DNA of 64,000 bases from Ignavibacteriota bacterium (GTDB lineage: Bacteria > Bacteroidota > Ignavibacteria > Palsa-1295), in assembly GCA_963787835.1 (NCBI GenBank), contig CAWBEI010000003.1, positions 1 through 64,000 on the forward strand, in the 5' to 3' direction. The notes under the pieces were generated by a model, which searched no databases, had not been told where the DNA came from, and saw only the letters and a list, made by a program, of their open reading frames with translations. The first letter of the stretch is position 1. Each line of letters opens with the position of its first letter. The position numbers and the translations under genes were made by a program. Of the stretch, positions 39,676-49,283 are shown piece by piece.

Positions 39676-40686
39676 TTAATAGGCCCACCGGACAAGAATA
39701 GCTCCCCATGTATATCCAGCGCCAAAACTGGATAGCACAAGATAATCGCCTTTTTTCACTTTTCCATCTTTCCACCACTCACTCAAGCACATCGGGATGG
39801 TGGCGTCGGTGGTGTTGCCGTAGCGATCAATATTTATCATTACTTTGTCTTTGGTAAGACCCATGCGCTCGCGGGCAGCATCCAATATGCGAAGATTCGC
39901 CTGATGTGGCACAAGAAACGAAATGTCCTTTGCTGAAAGCCCGTTACGCTCCATAATATGCGCGGAGGATTCTGCCATATCTACCACCGCTCGTTTAAAG
40001 ACGGTCTTTCCATCCTGATAAATATAGTGCATTCCTTTCGCGACCGTCTCTGCGGTGGCGGGATTCAAACTTCCGCCGCCCTTCATATACAAAAATTCCC
40101 GGCCTACTCCATCGACACGCAGATAGGAATCCATGATGCCATACTCCTCTTCGACCGGTTCCAGGATGACCGCGCCTGCGGCATCCCCAAAAAGAATGCA
40201 GGTGTTTCGATCCTGATAGTTCACGATCGCGCTCATTTTGTCTGCACCGATGAGGAGAATCCTGTCGTACCCACCGGACTCGATCATGCGCGAGGCCGTT
40301 TCAAGCCCAAATAAAAATCCTGAGCATGCGGCGTTAATATCGAAACCCCAGGCATTTTTTGCTCCAAGTTTATCCTGAATAACACACGCCGTGGGAGGAA
40401 ACGGCATGTCGGGCGTGACGGTGCAGCAGATGATAAGTTGAACATCCTCCGGTTTCCAGCCACGGCGTTCGAGAGCAAGCTTTGCGGCATTAACTGCCAT
40501 ATCGCTCGTCGCGCCGTTACGAAGAATGCGCCGTTCGCGAATTCCCGTTCGCGTCACGATCCATTCATTGTTGGTATCGAGATACGAGGCGAAATACTTG
40601 TTATCGAGCACCTCATCCGGCGTCCAATGGCCAACGGCCGTGATCCCGGCATGTCGAAGGCCGCCTCGCTTATTTTTAAGTTCCAC
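39676..40686 (-). CDS. fabH: Beta-ketoacyl-ACP synthase III
   Basis: AACSGF, PHQAN, YGNT, FGAG. Confidence 0.96.
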   Translation of the reverse strand: MELKNKRGGLRHAGITAVGHWTPDEVLDNKYFASYLDTNNEWIVTRTGIRERRILRNGATSDMAVNAAKLALERRGWKPEDVQLIICCTVTPDMPFPPTACVIQDKLGAKNAWGFDINAACSGFLFGLETASRMIESGGYDRILLIGADKMSAIVNYQDRNTCILFGDAAGAVILEPVEEEYGIMDSYLRVDGVGREFLYMKGGGSLNPATAETVAKGMHYIYQDGKTVFKRAVVDMAESSAHIMERNGLSAKDISFLVPHQANLRILDAARERMGLTKDKVMINIDRYGNTTDATIPMCLSEWWKDGKVKKGDYLVLSSFGAGYTWGAILVRWAY

Positions 40687-40723
40687 TATGCTAATTTTAT
40701 CTTCAAAAACTTTTTAATAACAC

Positions 40724-40851
40724 GTCATCCTGAGCGGAGTTTTTCTCGACGAAGGAGAGAAAAACGGAGTCGAAGGATCTCCGGCATTACATGCGATTCT
40801 TCGACTTCGCAACACTCCGCTATCGCGGAGTGTTGCTTCGCTCAGAATGAC
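40724..40851. repeat. Palindromic REP/RPE-like element (GTCATCCTGAG family)
   Basis: GTCATCCTGAGCG...GTCGAAGGATC...GATTCTTCGAC...CGCTCAGAATGAC with internal hairpins. Confidence 0.85.
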
Positions 40852-40862
40852 ATTTAAATTTA

Positions 40863-41909
40863 TCAAGAGGATACAACCCCTGTCTTCAACGTTTCCGTGA
40901 TCTTTTCCACGACATTCTTTCGCACCATTTCATCGGCTTTTAAAATCATATTGCGAATAGCCTTTGGCGTTGAACGTCCATGTCCGATGATCGTTACGCC
41001 CCGCACCCCAAGAAGCGGTACACCGCCGAATTCCTGATAATCGAAATCCTTTAAAACTTCCCGAAGGACTGACGCGGTGATCCCTGCCTTTATTTTATTT
41101 AAGATTCCTTTTGCGGCATATTTTTTAAGCCGCCCGCGCATGACCGGAATCATGCTTTCGGCCAATTTAAGCATCACGTTGCCAACAAAGCCGTCGCAAA
41201 CGATGACATCGCAGGTGGCCTTAAACACATCGCCGCCCTCAACGTTACCGATAAAATTTACGCCGGATTTTTCCAGAAGCGGCGCTGCCTCGAACACAAG
41301 CTCGTTGCCTTTAGAACGCTCTTCACCCACACTAAGCAAACCGACGCTGGGCCGGGTAACCCCAAGGATCTGCTCTGCATAGATCGACCCCATGATGGCA
41401 TATTCTCTCAAATGGATCGCTTTCGAATCGACGGTAGCGCCGACATCGAACACTAAGGTAAACCCACCATCCGGACGTGGAAATTGCGAGCCAATGGTCG
41501 GACGGCTGACGCCTGGAATTCTGCCAAGCAATAAAGTCGCGCCGCTCATCACCGCACCAGTATTACCGGCGCTTACGAACGCTGATGCTGCGCCGTCACG
41601 AACAAGATCGAAACCCTTAACGATCGAGGAGTCCTTTTTCTGGCGTAAACCGGCAACGGGCTCATCCTCCATTCCAATTACTTGTGAGGCTTGCGCTATC
41701 TCAATTAAAGGACTGCTTGAAGCTCCAAGTCGGCCTAATTCACGTTCAATTTCCTCACGCATTCCTGCGAGCACGACTCTAAATCGCCCGTTTGCCATTC
41801 GTATCGATTCGAGCGCGCCCTCCACTTCATTTCGTGGCGAAAAATCACCACCCATCGCATCGAGTACGATGCTGACAGGAGCAGAATCCAGCGTTTCAGG
41901 AGGAATCAA
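40863..41909 (-). CDS. plsX: Phosphate acyltransferase
   Basis: DAMGGD, SAGNTGA, CDGFVGN, GHGRS. Confidence 0.96.
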   Translation of the reverse strand: MIPPETLDSAPVSIVLDAMGGDFSPRNEVEGALESIRMANGRFRVVLAGMREEIERELGRLGASSSPLIEIAQASQVIGMEDEPVAGLRQKKDSSIVKGFDLVRDGAASAFVSAGNTGAVMSGATLLLGRIPGVSRPTIGSQFPRPDGGFTLVFDVGATVDSKAIHLREYAIMGSIYAEQILGVTRPSVGLLSVGEERSKGNELVFEAAPLLEKSGVNFIGNVEGGDVFKATCDVIVCDGFVGNVMLKLAESMIPVMRGRLKKYAAKGILNKIKAGITASVLREVLKDFDYQEFGGVPLLGVRGVTIIGHGRSTPKAIRNMILKADEMVRKNVVEKITETLKTGVVSS

Positions 41910-41994
41910 ATCGAATGAAAATTATACGGGCGACCTATCATCCTGGAGAAGATCGATCGCCCGAAAAGTCGTAAAATATCTGACCCTACCGAGG

Positions 41995-42180
41995 TTATGC
42001 TTCGGTCTTGGGCTGCATGACCGAACGGCCTTTGTAAAAACCGCAGCTCGCACATGCGGTATGAAGCAGCTTCGGTGAGCCACAGTTCGGGCATGTGCCG
42101 AACGACGGCTTTTCCAGCTTGTAATGGGTCCGGCGTTTGTCGCGGCGGGTGCGTGAATTTCTATGTGTTGGATTTGGCAT
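41995..42180 (-). CDS. rpmF: 50S ribosomal protein L32
   Basis: MPNP...SRTRRDKRRTH, CPNCG...CASCGFYKG. Confidence 0.96.
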   Translation of the reverse strand: MPNPTHRNSRTRRDKRRTHYKLEKPSFGTCPNCGSPKLLHTACASCGFYKGRSVMQPKTEA

Positions 42181-42732
42181 TAGGTCTCCTTGTTTTCTTC
42201 GGCGCGCAAACGCTCCTGAAGCCTGTTGAGTGCCGACCAGGTTGTATTTAGCTCTGATTCCTCGTGAGGATCGTGCTGCTCACGGTTCAAATTCTTCCCA
42301 CAGACCGGGCAGATGCCCTTGCAATCCGCACGGCAGAGATGTACCATCGGGATCGCAAGCACAAGTGCATCGCGCACATCGGGAAGAATATCTACTTCCG
42401 TGGTCGAAAGCGGGTCATAGACATGAACATCCGGGTCGCCTTCGTTCGGCTCTAATTGTGGCGGAAGAAAATGCAGTGAGAGTGGTGCGGTGATCCCATC
42501 CCGAAACAAATCAGCGCAACGAGTGCATTCGAACTCCCCTTCGGGCAGAAACTACTGCTTCAAGATCCAGCCGATCGCCATCCCGTTTTAAAACGCCACT
42601 GACATTTCCCGCACCGCTAAACGCCGGATAATCCAGCAACTTTGCATCAAAGTCGATAGAAACAGGGCTCTCACCCTGACCAAGCCCGCGTAGTTTTACC
42701 GGAATAGAATCCGGCGAATGAATATGTTTCAA
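42180..42732 (-). CDS. yceD: DUF177/YceD protein with apparent 1-nt frameshift at 42543-42545
   Basis: Removing one C gives ...AVVSAEGEFECTRC...LAIPMVHLCRADCKGICPVCG...WSAL (183 aa); directly upstream of rpmF. Confidence 0.88.
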
Positions 42733-42763
42733 AAAAATAAGGCCCTCTATTTAGAGAGGGCCT
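42731..42763 (-). terminator. Intrinsic terminator after the anti-sigma gene
   Basis: AGGCCCTCT-6 nt-AGAGGGCCT then TATTTTTTT. Confidence 0.7.
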
Positions 42764-42812
42764 AAAACAGACACGCAAAAGAGGGAGTGCCTGAACGCTT
42801 ATTGATAGCAAC

Positions 42813-44285
42813 TTAAAAATGCCAGCCAAATTCCAGCGCGGGCCCCACAAGTCCGCACGTTTCGCTCCTAAGAGCCTGCGAAGACACTGCCGACGGCGAG
42901 AGCGAGAAAAATCGCTCCTGCTGTGTGATCGATCCGCTCAAATAATGGGTATACACTAATCCTTCCAAACCGGCGGAAATTTCAAGCATTTTCCATGGTT
43001 CAAAATGTGCCATGAGGCTTGCCCGGCCACAGAACGGAGAATATTCCGGTCCGCCGCCATCTATTTGAGGGTAATATTGCGCACCACCCGAGTACATAAA
43101 GCCCACTAACGCATCGACCGGTATTCCAATAGGATCGAGTGTTACGCCAGCCTCCAGACCGATCATGGTGGTCGAGTTTGGAGATGACCCTTCCGCAGTA
43201 ATAATCTGTCCTTTCGTCGATCCCGATGTCGATAGTTGAGCAACACGCTCATACGATGACATTTGCCCGATCGAAGCACGGAACAGAACATAGTTCCACA
43301 TCGTCATACCAAAACGGAATTCGTTGAGAGAACTCATGGGAGAATTCGTGCTTCCCTGAGACTGACCAATAGAAACCGATTGACCTGTACCATAGCGGAC
43401 GCTGATCGTGCCACGTTCATCCGCAAATGGAGCAGGAATTACCGAGGGCCATATTGGTGCCGGACCGTTGACAAAACGCATCTGATCGGTCGTCAGAGTA
43501 TATGGGCTTTGTTTCGGCGCGGTATAGGTGATGGGAACAGAATTGTCCTGTGAGGCAGCGCTATTATCCGCCATCGACGAAGAATTATCCTGGGAGTTAC
43601 CCATATTCTTCGGGGTCTCCATCGGCCCGAACGGGAATAGGCTTGCAATCGATGCATCCGACGAGATCTTGTTCGTCGAAGCAGCGCTGGTTGTGCGCAT
43701 CACCATACCGGTGGAAGCATTCCCGGCAGGTGATACGACGTCCGCATTATTCTGTGAGACTGCGAATTGCGAGGCCAGGCCCGGAGTTGCATGATGCTGC
43801 AACGAACGCTGCAGCTCAGCAACTTCCTGTGAATGTGTCTTTAAACCAAGCGTTGAACCAAAAACATAATACGCACCCGCGCCAAGCACGAATGACATAA
43901 CCGAGGCAGCAAGCAACAAGATCGCGCCAAACCGCCAGCCGGAGCTTACGGCCGTTGCAACCGTGCCGGCACCGAGCGCCGCTGCACCTGCGTAGCGCAT
44001 GGACATTGCCTCTGGCGCGCGGGCAAGCATCGAGTCCGGCGTGACCGGGGGCGTAAAGCCTGCTTCTTCCAAGCGGCTGAAGAGCTGTGTCGTTACTTGT
44101 TCGGGAACGTTAAAGCGTCCCTGCCGAGCGATCGAGCTGGTAAGCTCACGGAGCTTCATGTGCTCGCGCATCACCTGCCGCCGTTCCGGAGAAACAGCAA
44201 GCGTGTGCAATAGCTCTTCCTCATCCGGCATGGCAAGGCGCCCGTCGAGGAAATCGAGTATTCGTTCTTCACTTAAATTGATCAT
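42813..44285 (-). CDS. Putative anti-sigma factor: N-terminal ASD-like helices, TM segment, low-complexity linker, C-terminal beta-barrel-like domain
   Basis: EERILDFLDGRL...EELLHTL; TM at FGAILLLAASVMSFVLGAG; amphipathic strands ending EFGWHF; follows the ECF sigma; GAAGGAG RBS. Confidence 0.7.
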   Translation of the reverse strand: MINLSEERILDFLDGRLAMPDEEELLHTLAVSPERRQVMREHMKLRELTSSIARQGRFNVPEQVTTQLFSRLEEAGFTPPVTPDSMLARAPEAMSMRYAGAAALGAGTVATAVSSGWRFGAILLLAASVMSFVLGAGAYYVFGSTLGLKTHSQEVAELQRSLQHHATPGLASQFAVSQNNADVVSPAGNASTGMVMRTTSAASTNKISSDASIASLFPFGPMETPKNMGNSQDNSSSMADNSAASQDNSVPITYTAPKQSPYTLTTDQMRFVNGPAPIWPSVIPAPFADERGTISVRYGTGQSVSIGQSQGSTNSPMSSLNEFRFGMTMWNYVLFRASIGQMSSYERVAQLSTSGSTKGQIITAEGSSPNSTTMIGLEAGVTLDPIGIPVDALVGFMYSGGAQYYPQIDGGGPEYSPFCGRASLMAHFEPWKMLEISAGLEGLVYTHYLSGSITQQERFFSLSPSAVSSQALRSETCGLVGPALEFGWHF

Positions 44286-44384
44286 ATCATCTCCTTCAGC
44301 TCGAAGCAGCACATGAACGAGAGACCAACGGCTGACAACGAGAACGCTGACATTTGTCGTGGTTTATTCATGAGTAATAATGGA

Positions 44385-45044
44385 TTATGCTGCATCTGTC
44401 ATTCCTGAAATATCCAGATCGCGGGCAAGGTCCTCTCGGATCACGCGGCGCGCTCGAAAAAGCCTGACCTTCACATTTTGTTTGCTTACCCCGAGCGTCT
44501 CTGCGATCTGATCTAACCCCAGATGGTTAAACTCCGATAAAATAAAAACTTCACGTAATAAAATTGGAAGCTGTTCGACCGATTTCATCACTTGTGCCAT
44601 AATGGCTTCTGAATTTGGCTGGTCGAACTGCTCCTGCGATGCCGGTGTCGTGAACCCTTCGATGAGGTCGGTATCGACATGCAGATCTTCGATGGAGATC
44701 GCAGGCTTCTTGCGCAACTGACTTACGGCCATGTTGTGCGCCAGACGGAACAGCCATGCCGCCACTGCGCCGGGTGAAGAAGCCTGAAACGTATTCCGGC
44801 TGCGGAAGAACTGAAGCCAGGCGTCCTGAAAGAGGTCGTCGATATGGCGAGGAGTGCCGACCATCAAGAGCTTCAGATAACTATAGACCCTATCTGCATA
44901 CCGGCTATAGATCATTGTAAACGCAGCGTCCTCGTTATTTTGGAACGCGCGCCACAGATCCTCGTCCGTGATGCCATCCGAGATCACGGGCTTGATGAGT
45001 TGTTCGACCCTCGGCTTGAGCCTAATGTTCATTAGAAACGCCAT
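44385..45044 (-). CDS. ECF RNA polymerase sigma factor
   Basis: DDLFQDAW, WLFRLAHN, LPILLREVFIL...QIAETLGVSKQNVKVRLFRAR. Confidence 0.93.
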   Translation of the reverse strand: MAFLMNIRLKPRVEQLIKPVISDGITDEDLWRAFQNNEDAAFTMIYSRYADRVYSYLKLLMVGTPRHIDDLFQDAWLQFFRSRNTFQASSPGAVAAWLFRLAHNMAVSQLRKKPAISIEDLHVDTDLIEGFTTPASQEQFDQPNSEAIMAQVMKSVEQLPILLREVFILSEFNHLGLDQIAETLGVSKQNVKVRLFRARRVIREDLARDLDISGMTDAA

Positions 45045-45076
45045 ATCGCAGACATGATAACGTCCGCTATTAGTAA

Positions 45077-45102
45077 AACGCTCTACCCCCCCTCCGGTTA
45101 CA
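45077..45102 (-). promoter_or_regulatory. Autoregulatory ECF promoter TGTAAC-N16-CGTT
   Basis: Minus strand TGTAAC cggagggggggtagag CGTT, just upstream of the sigma ATG. Confidence 0.65.
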
Positions 45103-45156
45103 AAAAAAACCGTACGAATTCATGCAAATCGTACTTTTCATGAACATCAATAAGAA

Positions 45157-45180
45157 ACCCCTCCCCCGGAAGGGAGGGGT
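45157..45180 (-). terminator. Hairpin terminator after 45201-46976
   Basis: ACCCCTCCC/GGGAGGGGT stem then TTCTT. Confidence 0.65.
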
Positions 45181-45200
45181 GAAATTACGTAAAGTCGCGT

Positions 45201-46976
45201 CTATCTCAAGAACATAAGCTGCTTGGATGACGTCGTCATTTCGGTGCCTGCGATCGCCTGTCGTACTCGAACGATATACGTTCCATTTGGAACAACAGTC
45301 CCGGCAGACGTTTCGCCATTCCAGATGAATGGGCCATTCGATTGAGTGCTTAATAGCAGGTTGCCGAGAATGTCATAGATCTCGATCGTTGAATTTACGC
45401 CGGTTGGCACAGTGACCGTCACATCACCATGTGCAGGATTTGGGTAAAGGGTGAAAGGAGCGGGCGCTGTTTGCGACTGGCTCACTCCAGCCACAATAGC
45501 AGGCACGCGATGTGCTACGAGATGGTAATTATAAACCGGAGATGATGTGATCTCCATCTTACCCTCAGCACGTAACACCTGATAGGTTAGCGCCATGTCG
45601 ATATTGTACGTGCCGGTATCAGGAACATCGAGTGTCATGATGATCGGACTGTCATAGGTAGTTGCACCCGGAGCGATCGCTGAATCATAAATATTCACCG
45701 ATTTCGTTCCAGGAGTATTAAAATATGCGTCGCTGCCAGAGTCTGTGATCTGAAGCATCTCCGGATTGATCGATACCGAAGTATCATTCTTGATAAAGAT
45801 GAGATAACGAGATTTTGCGAGGCTCGTCGTGAACGTGATCGTACTTGCCCCTCCCGGAGGCGCATCGAGTATGACTGAATCGACGATCGGGATCGTTGCA
45901 GTCCCGCTGACCGTCGCGCCAAGTGCCTCACACGGAGTTCCCGCTTCGCTCGTTCCTATAGCATAAATAAGGATCCCGGCAGAATACGTTTGCCCCTGAT
46001 CGGCGCTCGATGGTGGTGTGAACGCAACATGGAAATAACTTTGCGCGTCCGCATGGATCGTCATGGGGAACTCGGAACTGGTAAGCGCGAACTCGCTGAT
46101 ATCGCCGTTCACGAGCACGATCGAGTCAACGGTGACGTCCGAACTCGTCCTATTCGTAATGCTATTCACGACATGGCTCGTAGTGCCGATATTGCAATCA
46201 CCAAGATAAAGACTCGAAACCGAAAGGCACGTGCTATCGAGAGGAAGTTCCTCACAACCGATAGTGTAGTAGGCGACATCCGATCCATTCGGATAGGTAT
46301 AATCAGCCTGGATCGTTGCGCTCAATTCATTCGTATCGGGGCCCAGGCTCGACTTCCCCACCAGACACGCATCAAAATTAACACGCTGATATGCACCGAG
46401 CGTAAAGGGAAGCGACGGTGTATTGGTAAGCTGGCAATCTACATTCTGCGACTGCACCTTTAGCGAGGTGACCGTTACACTGAATCCATTCGGATTATAG
46501 AGCGTCTCGCTATCGCATTTCGTGACCCCGGCCGTCAGTATGCCAAAATTCTGAACACCATTAAAGGTAAGATTCTGGTGATCCGGTGGATTGCCGGTCA
46601 TATATACTTCGACGGTATTACTATCGCCCTGGATATGAAGTATAGCTGAGGATGGCGTCAGGCTGGAAGCCTCGTAGTCCACGACAATTCTCGACTCGCC
46701 AAAAAAGCTAATGATGCTGTCGGAACCCAGCCGGTAATCGCTGCTGCCGGTGATCCACACATTCGCATCGGTTAGTGGTGTATGAGGAAGCTGACTCGAA
46801 TCCCGTCCGTCCGAGACGTACACTGTATAATTCGTGCTGACCCCCACTTCCGTGGTAAAGTGAACCGAATCCGGATAGACCGTTAACTGTGAAGCAGAAG
46901 AACGTGCCGATAGCACCAAAAGCACTGCGAGTGCCATCTGCAATGCGCGTGTGAACCTTTTATCAAATAGTCTCAT
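45201..46976 (-). CDS. Secreted multi-Ig-like (choice-of-anchor D/ASH-like) protein with T9SS CTD
   Basis: Signal MRLFDKRF...SSA; Ig-like repeats; CTD LYPNPAHG...YDILG...GTYIVRV. Confidence 0.8.
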   Translation of the reverse strand: MRLFDKRFTRALQMALAVLLVLSARSSASQLTVYPDSVHFTTEVGVSTNYTVYVSDGRDSSQLPHTPLTDANVWITGSSDYRLGSDSIISFFGESRIVVDYEASSLTPSSAILHIQGDSNTVEVYMTGNPPDHQNLTFNGVQNFGILTAGVTKCDSETLYNPNGFSVTVTSLKVQSQNVDCQLTNTPSLPFTLGAYQRVNFDACLVGKSSLGPDTNELSATIQADYTYPNGSDVAYYTIGCEELPLDSTCLSVSSLYLGDCNIGTTSHVVNSITNRTSSDVTVDSIVLVNGDISEFALTSSEFPMTIHADAQSYFHVAFTPPSSADQGQTYSAGILIYAIGTSEAGTPCEALGATVSGTATIPIVDSVILDAPPGGASTITFTTSLAKSRYLIFIKNDTSVSINPEMLQITDSGSDAYFNTPGTKSVNIYDSAIAPGATTYDSPIIMTLDVPDTGTYNIDMALTYQVLRAEGKMEITSSPVYNYHLVAHRVPAIVAGVSQSQTAPAPFTLYPNPAHGDVTVTVPTGVNSTIEIYDILGNLLLSTQSNGPFIWNGETSAGTVVPNGTYIVRVRQAIAGTEMTTSSKQLMFLR

Positions 46977-47040
46977 GGTTTTACTCCTTATTGATGTTGA
47001 GTGATAGTGTTGGGAATTATGTAACCTCTCGTTACCGGAA

Positions 47041-47066
47041 AACACCATGCAAAGAGGTTCGTTACC
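47041..47066 (-). promoter_or_regulatory. ECF-type promoter GGTAAC-N16-TGTT
   Basis: Same geometry as 45077-45102, upstream of the ATG at 46976. Confidence 0.45.
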
Positions 47067-47244
47067 AAGCTTCTCTACTCAATTTATACTCAGTGGCTTA
47101 AAGAAAAGCAGGGCAAATATCGCAGCTTTTTGGAACCCACATCTCCAAATCCTGTTGAATTTGCATTTCATTCTGAGCGGAATGGCTCTCGGATTTCAAC
47201 CTGAACAAACAGCTAAATAAACGATCACTATTAAAGACCAAAAC

Positions 47245-47688
47245 ATGGAAGACCAAAAAAATCAAACAGACGTCACTTCACCCGTTGACACATCAACACC
47301 AAAAGCGACAGGCATTGGTGGCATTTTCTTTTTTTCCGACAATCCGAAGGAAACGAAAGAATGGTACGCCAAAAATTTAGGATTGGAGATTAGTCCGTGG
47401 GGTTCGGTGAGTTTTGAATCCCGAAACCTTGACCGGCCGGACGAGATAAACTCGCTTCAATGGAATCCTTTTAAGCAAGGAGATGAATATTTTTCACCAT
47501 CCAAAAAAGAGTTTATGATCAATTACCGGGTGCAGAATCTGGAAGGACTGATAGCCAAACTCAAAGAGAACGGTGTAACCATTCTTGACGATGTTGTGAC
47601 CTACGATTTTGGGAGCTTTATTCACATCATGGACGCCGAAGGCAACAAGATCGAACTGTGGGAACCTGTTGACAAAACAACCAAGTAA
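47245..47688 (+). CDS. VOC/glyoxalase family protein
   Basis: TGIGGIFF, WY..NLG, MINYRV, DAEGNKIELWEP. Confidence 0.9.
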   Translation: MEDQKNQTDVTSPVDTSTPKATGIGGIFFFSDNPKETKEWYAKNLGLEISPWGSVSFESRNLDRPDEINSLQWNPFKQGDEYFSPSKKEFMINYRVQNLEGLIAKLKENGVTILDDVVTYDFGSFIHIMDAEGNKIELWEPVDKTTK

Positions 47689-47720
47689 ATACCCATAAAC
47701 GTTTTCAATCAAAATTAAAC

Positions 47721-48095
47721 ATGGCAACAAAATTAATATACGTGACGCAGCAGCAATCCATTGAAGGTGGGCATCATCTCAATTTAACCCCCAACCTTAA
47801 CGTGGCGCCTTACTCGGCGATCCGGATCGTGGCTGAATGGCGAAGCGGCGTTGCTACGATCAACATTGTGCTGAATATGGTCGTTTTAGGTGGCACGGTT
47901 ACCGCCCTTGGCGACGTATCGGTCGGCCCACCGATCTTCACGGAAACGCTGCAGCATACAACAAAATCGTTCGATGTTCCAGGGACGGAACTTTCCATTG
48001 ATGTGTATTCTCCCCAGGGCGCGGAGGGGCAGGGTGCTGACGTATTCGATCTCTATATATTCGGCAACGATAGCTGCTGTAACGAGAAAACGTAG
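47721..48095 (+). CDS. Hypothetical beta-rich protein
   Basis: 124-aa ORF after an A-rich start region, convergent with EamA; no motif recognised. Confidence 0.65.
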   Translation: MATKLIYVTQQQSIEGGHHLNLTPNLNVAPYSAIRIVAEWRSGVATINIVLNMVVLGGTVTALGDVSVGPPIFTETLQHTTKSFDVPGTELSIDVYSPQGAEGQGADVFDLYIFGNDSCCNEKT

Positions 48096-48096
48096 T

Positions 48097-48990
48097 TCAT
48101 ATTTCGCTAAGCATAACCGGCTTCCGGCTGCGAATCGTCAGTAAAATTCCCGACATAATGCAAATACCTCCGGCAATGATATACCACGTTATTTGTTCGT
48201 GGAGCCACCAGAGACCAAGCAACACCGCGATGGCCGGAGTGACCAATGAAATGAGCATTGTCTTCGTAACTTCGACGCGGCGCAGGAGCCAATAGAAGAG
48301 AAGAAATGCGCAGCATGAACCGACAAGCGCAAGATAGAATAGCGCAAGGGCCGCCGCGCCCGTCCAATGGAATGCAAACGGGTTCCCTTCGATGGCCCAG
48401 CCGACAATAAGGAGTGGAACGAAGCCGAAGCCCATTTGTCCTGCCGCGAGCACTGCCGGATCCATGTGGGTTCCGCGCGCTTTGATGATAACGTTCGACC
48501 ACGCTACACAAAAAGCCCCCACCACGATAGCAGCGCCACCGGCAAGTGCCGCCGGGCCTTCGCCATGCAACTGCGTTACAAAGATGATCACGACGCCGGC
48601 AATTCCGAGCAGTACGCCACTCGTTTTCGCCCACGTCATCGGCTCGTTCGGAAGTATGTAATGCGCAAGCAGAAGTCCGAACACGGGAATGATCGTTTGA
48701 AGGATCGCCGCAAGGCCGGAGGTCGTGCGGGCTTCGCCCCAAAACAGCAACCCATAGTTGAGCGTGAACGAAAGAATGCCGGTGGTGAGCAGAAGCGTCC
48801 AATCCGCGCGGGTTTGTGGGAGCGAAAGTTTGCGAAGATAGACGACGGACGCGAGTACAACCGTTGCGATCAGGAACCGGATACCTGCGAACGTGATCGG
48901 TGGAATGACGTTCACTCCAATTTTGATAAACATCCAAGTCGAACCCCAGATCAAACAGAGTGCGATCCAGGCGAGCATTTTTCTATTCAT
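48097..48990 (-). CDS. EamA/DMT family transporter
   Basis: IWGSTW; about 10 TM helices in two repeats. Confidence 0.92.
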   Translation of the reverse strand: MNRKMLAWIALCLIWGSTWMFIKIGVNVIPPITFAGIRFLIATVVLASVVYLRKLSLPQTRADWTLLLTTGILSFTLNYGLLFWGEARTTSGLAAILQTIIPVFGLLLAHYILPNEPMTWAKTSGVLLGIAGVVIIFVTQLHGEGPAALAGGAAIVVGAFCVAWSNVIIKARGTHMDPAVLAAGQMGFGFVPLLIVGWAIEGNPFAFHWTGAAALALFYLALVGSCCAFLLFYWLLRRVEVTKTMLISLVTPAIAVLLGLWWLHEQITWYIIAGGICIMSGILLTIRSRKPVMLSEI

Positions 48991-49029
48991 CACATGTATG
49001 CCTTTGGCAAAAGCATCTTTCGCGCTTGC

Positions 49030-49086
49030 CTAACGAATTCGGGACGGGTGTTGTTCGGGGAACTGCTTTGGGAATACGACCTGCAT
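49030..49086 (-). pseudogene. Truncated RelE/ParE-like toxin stub
   Basis: TGATG-coupled to the antitoxin; MQVVFPKQFPEQHPSRIR* resembles RelE N-termini. Confidence 0.45.
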
Positions 49087-49283
49087 CAGCGAGTGAGCTT
49101 CGCCATGATCTCCTCGCGCGGAACCCGTTCGTTCCGGTCGGCTTCCATCATGAGGATGCCGAGGCCGATGTCTTCCTTCTCCTCGTCCGTTAGGACGCGA
49201 ACGCGAAAATGAAGCTTATCGAGAAGCCGTTTCAGCATTGAAAGGTCTTCGCTGTTATCGGGGGTAATGACTAAGGATTCCAT
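49086..49283 (-). CDS. Putative type II antitoxin (RelB-like)
   Basis: 65 aa with an acidic C-terminal half LTDEEKEDIGLGILMMEADRNERVPREEIM. Confidence 0.65.
   Translation of the reverse strand: MESLVITPDNSEDLSMLKRLLDKLHFRVRVLTDEEKEDIGLGILMMEADRNERVPREEIMAKLTR

Noticed and set aside
49020-49085. Integron attC site (GTTAGGC core on the minus strand)
   Set aside because: No complementary RYYYAAC at a suitable distance, no repeated attC between neighbouring genes, and no integrase
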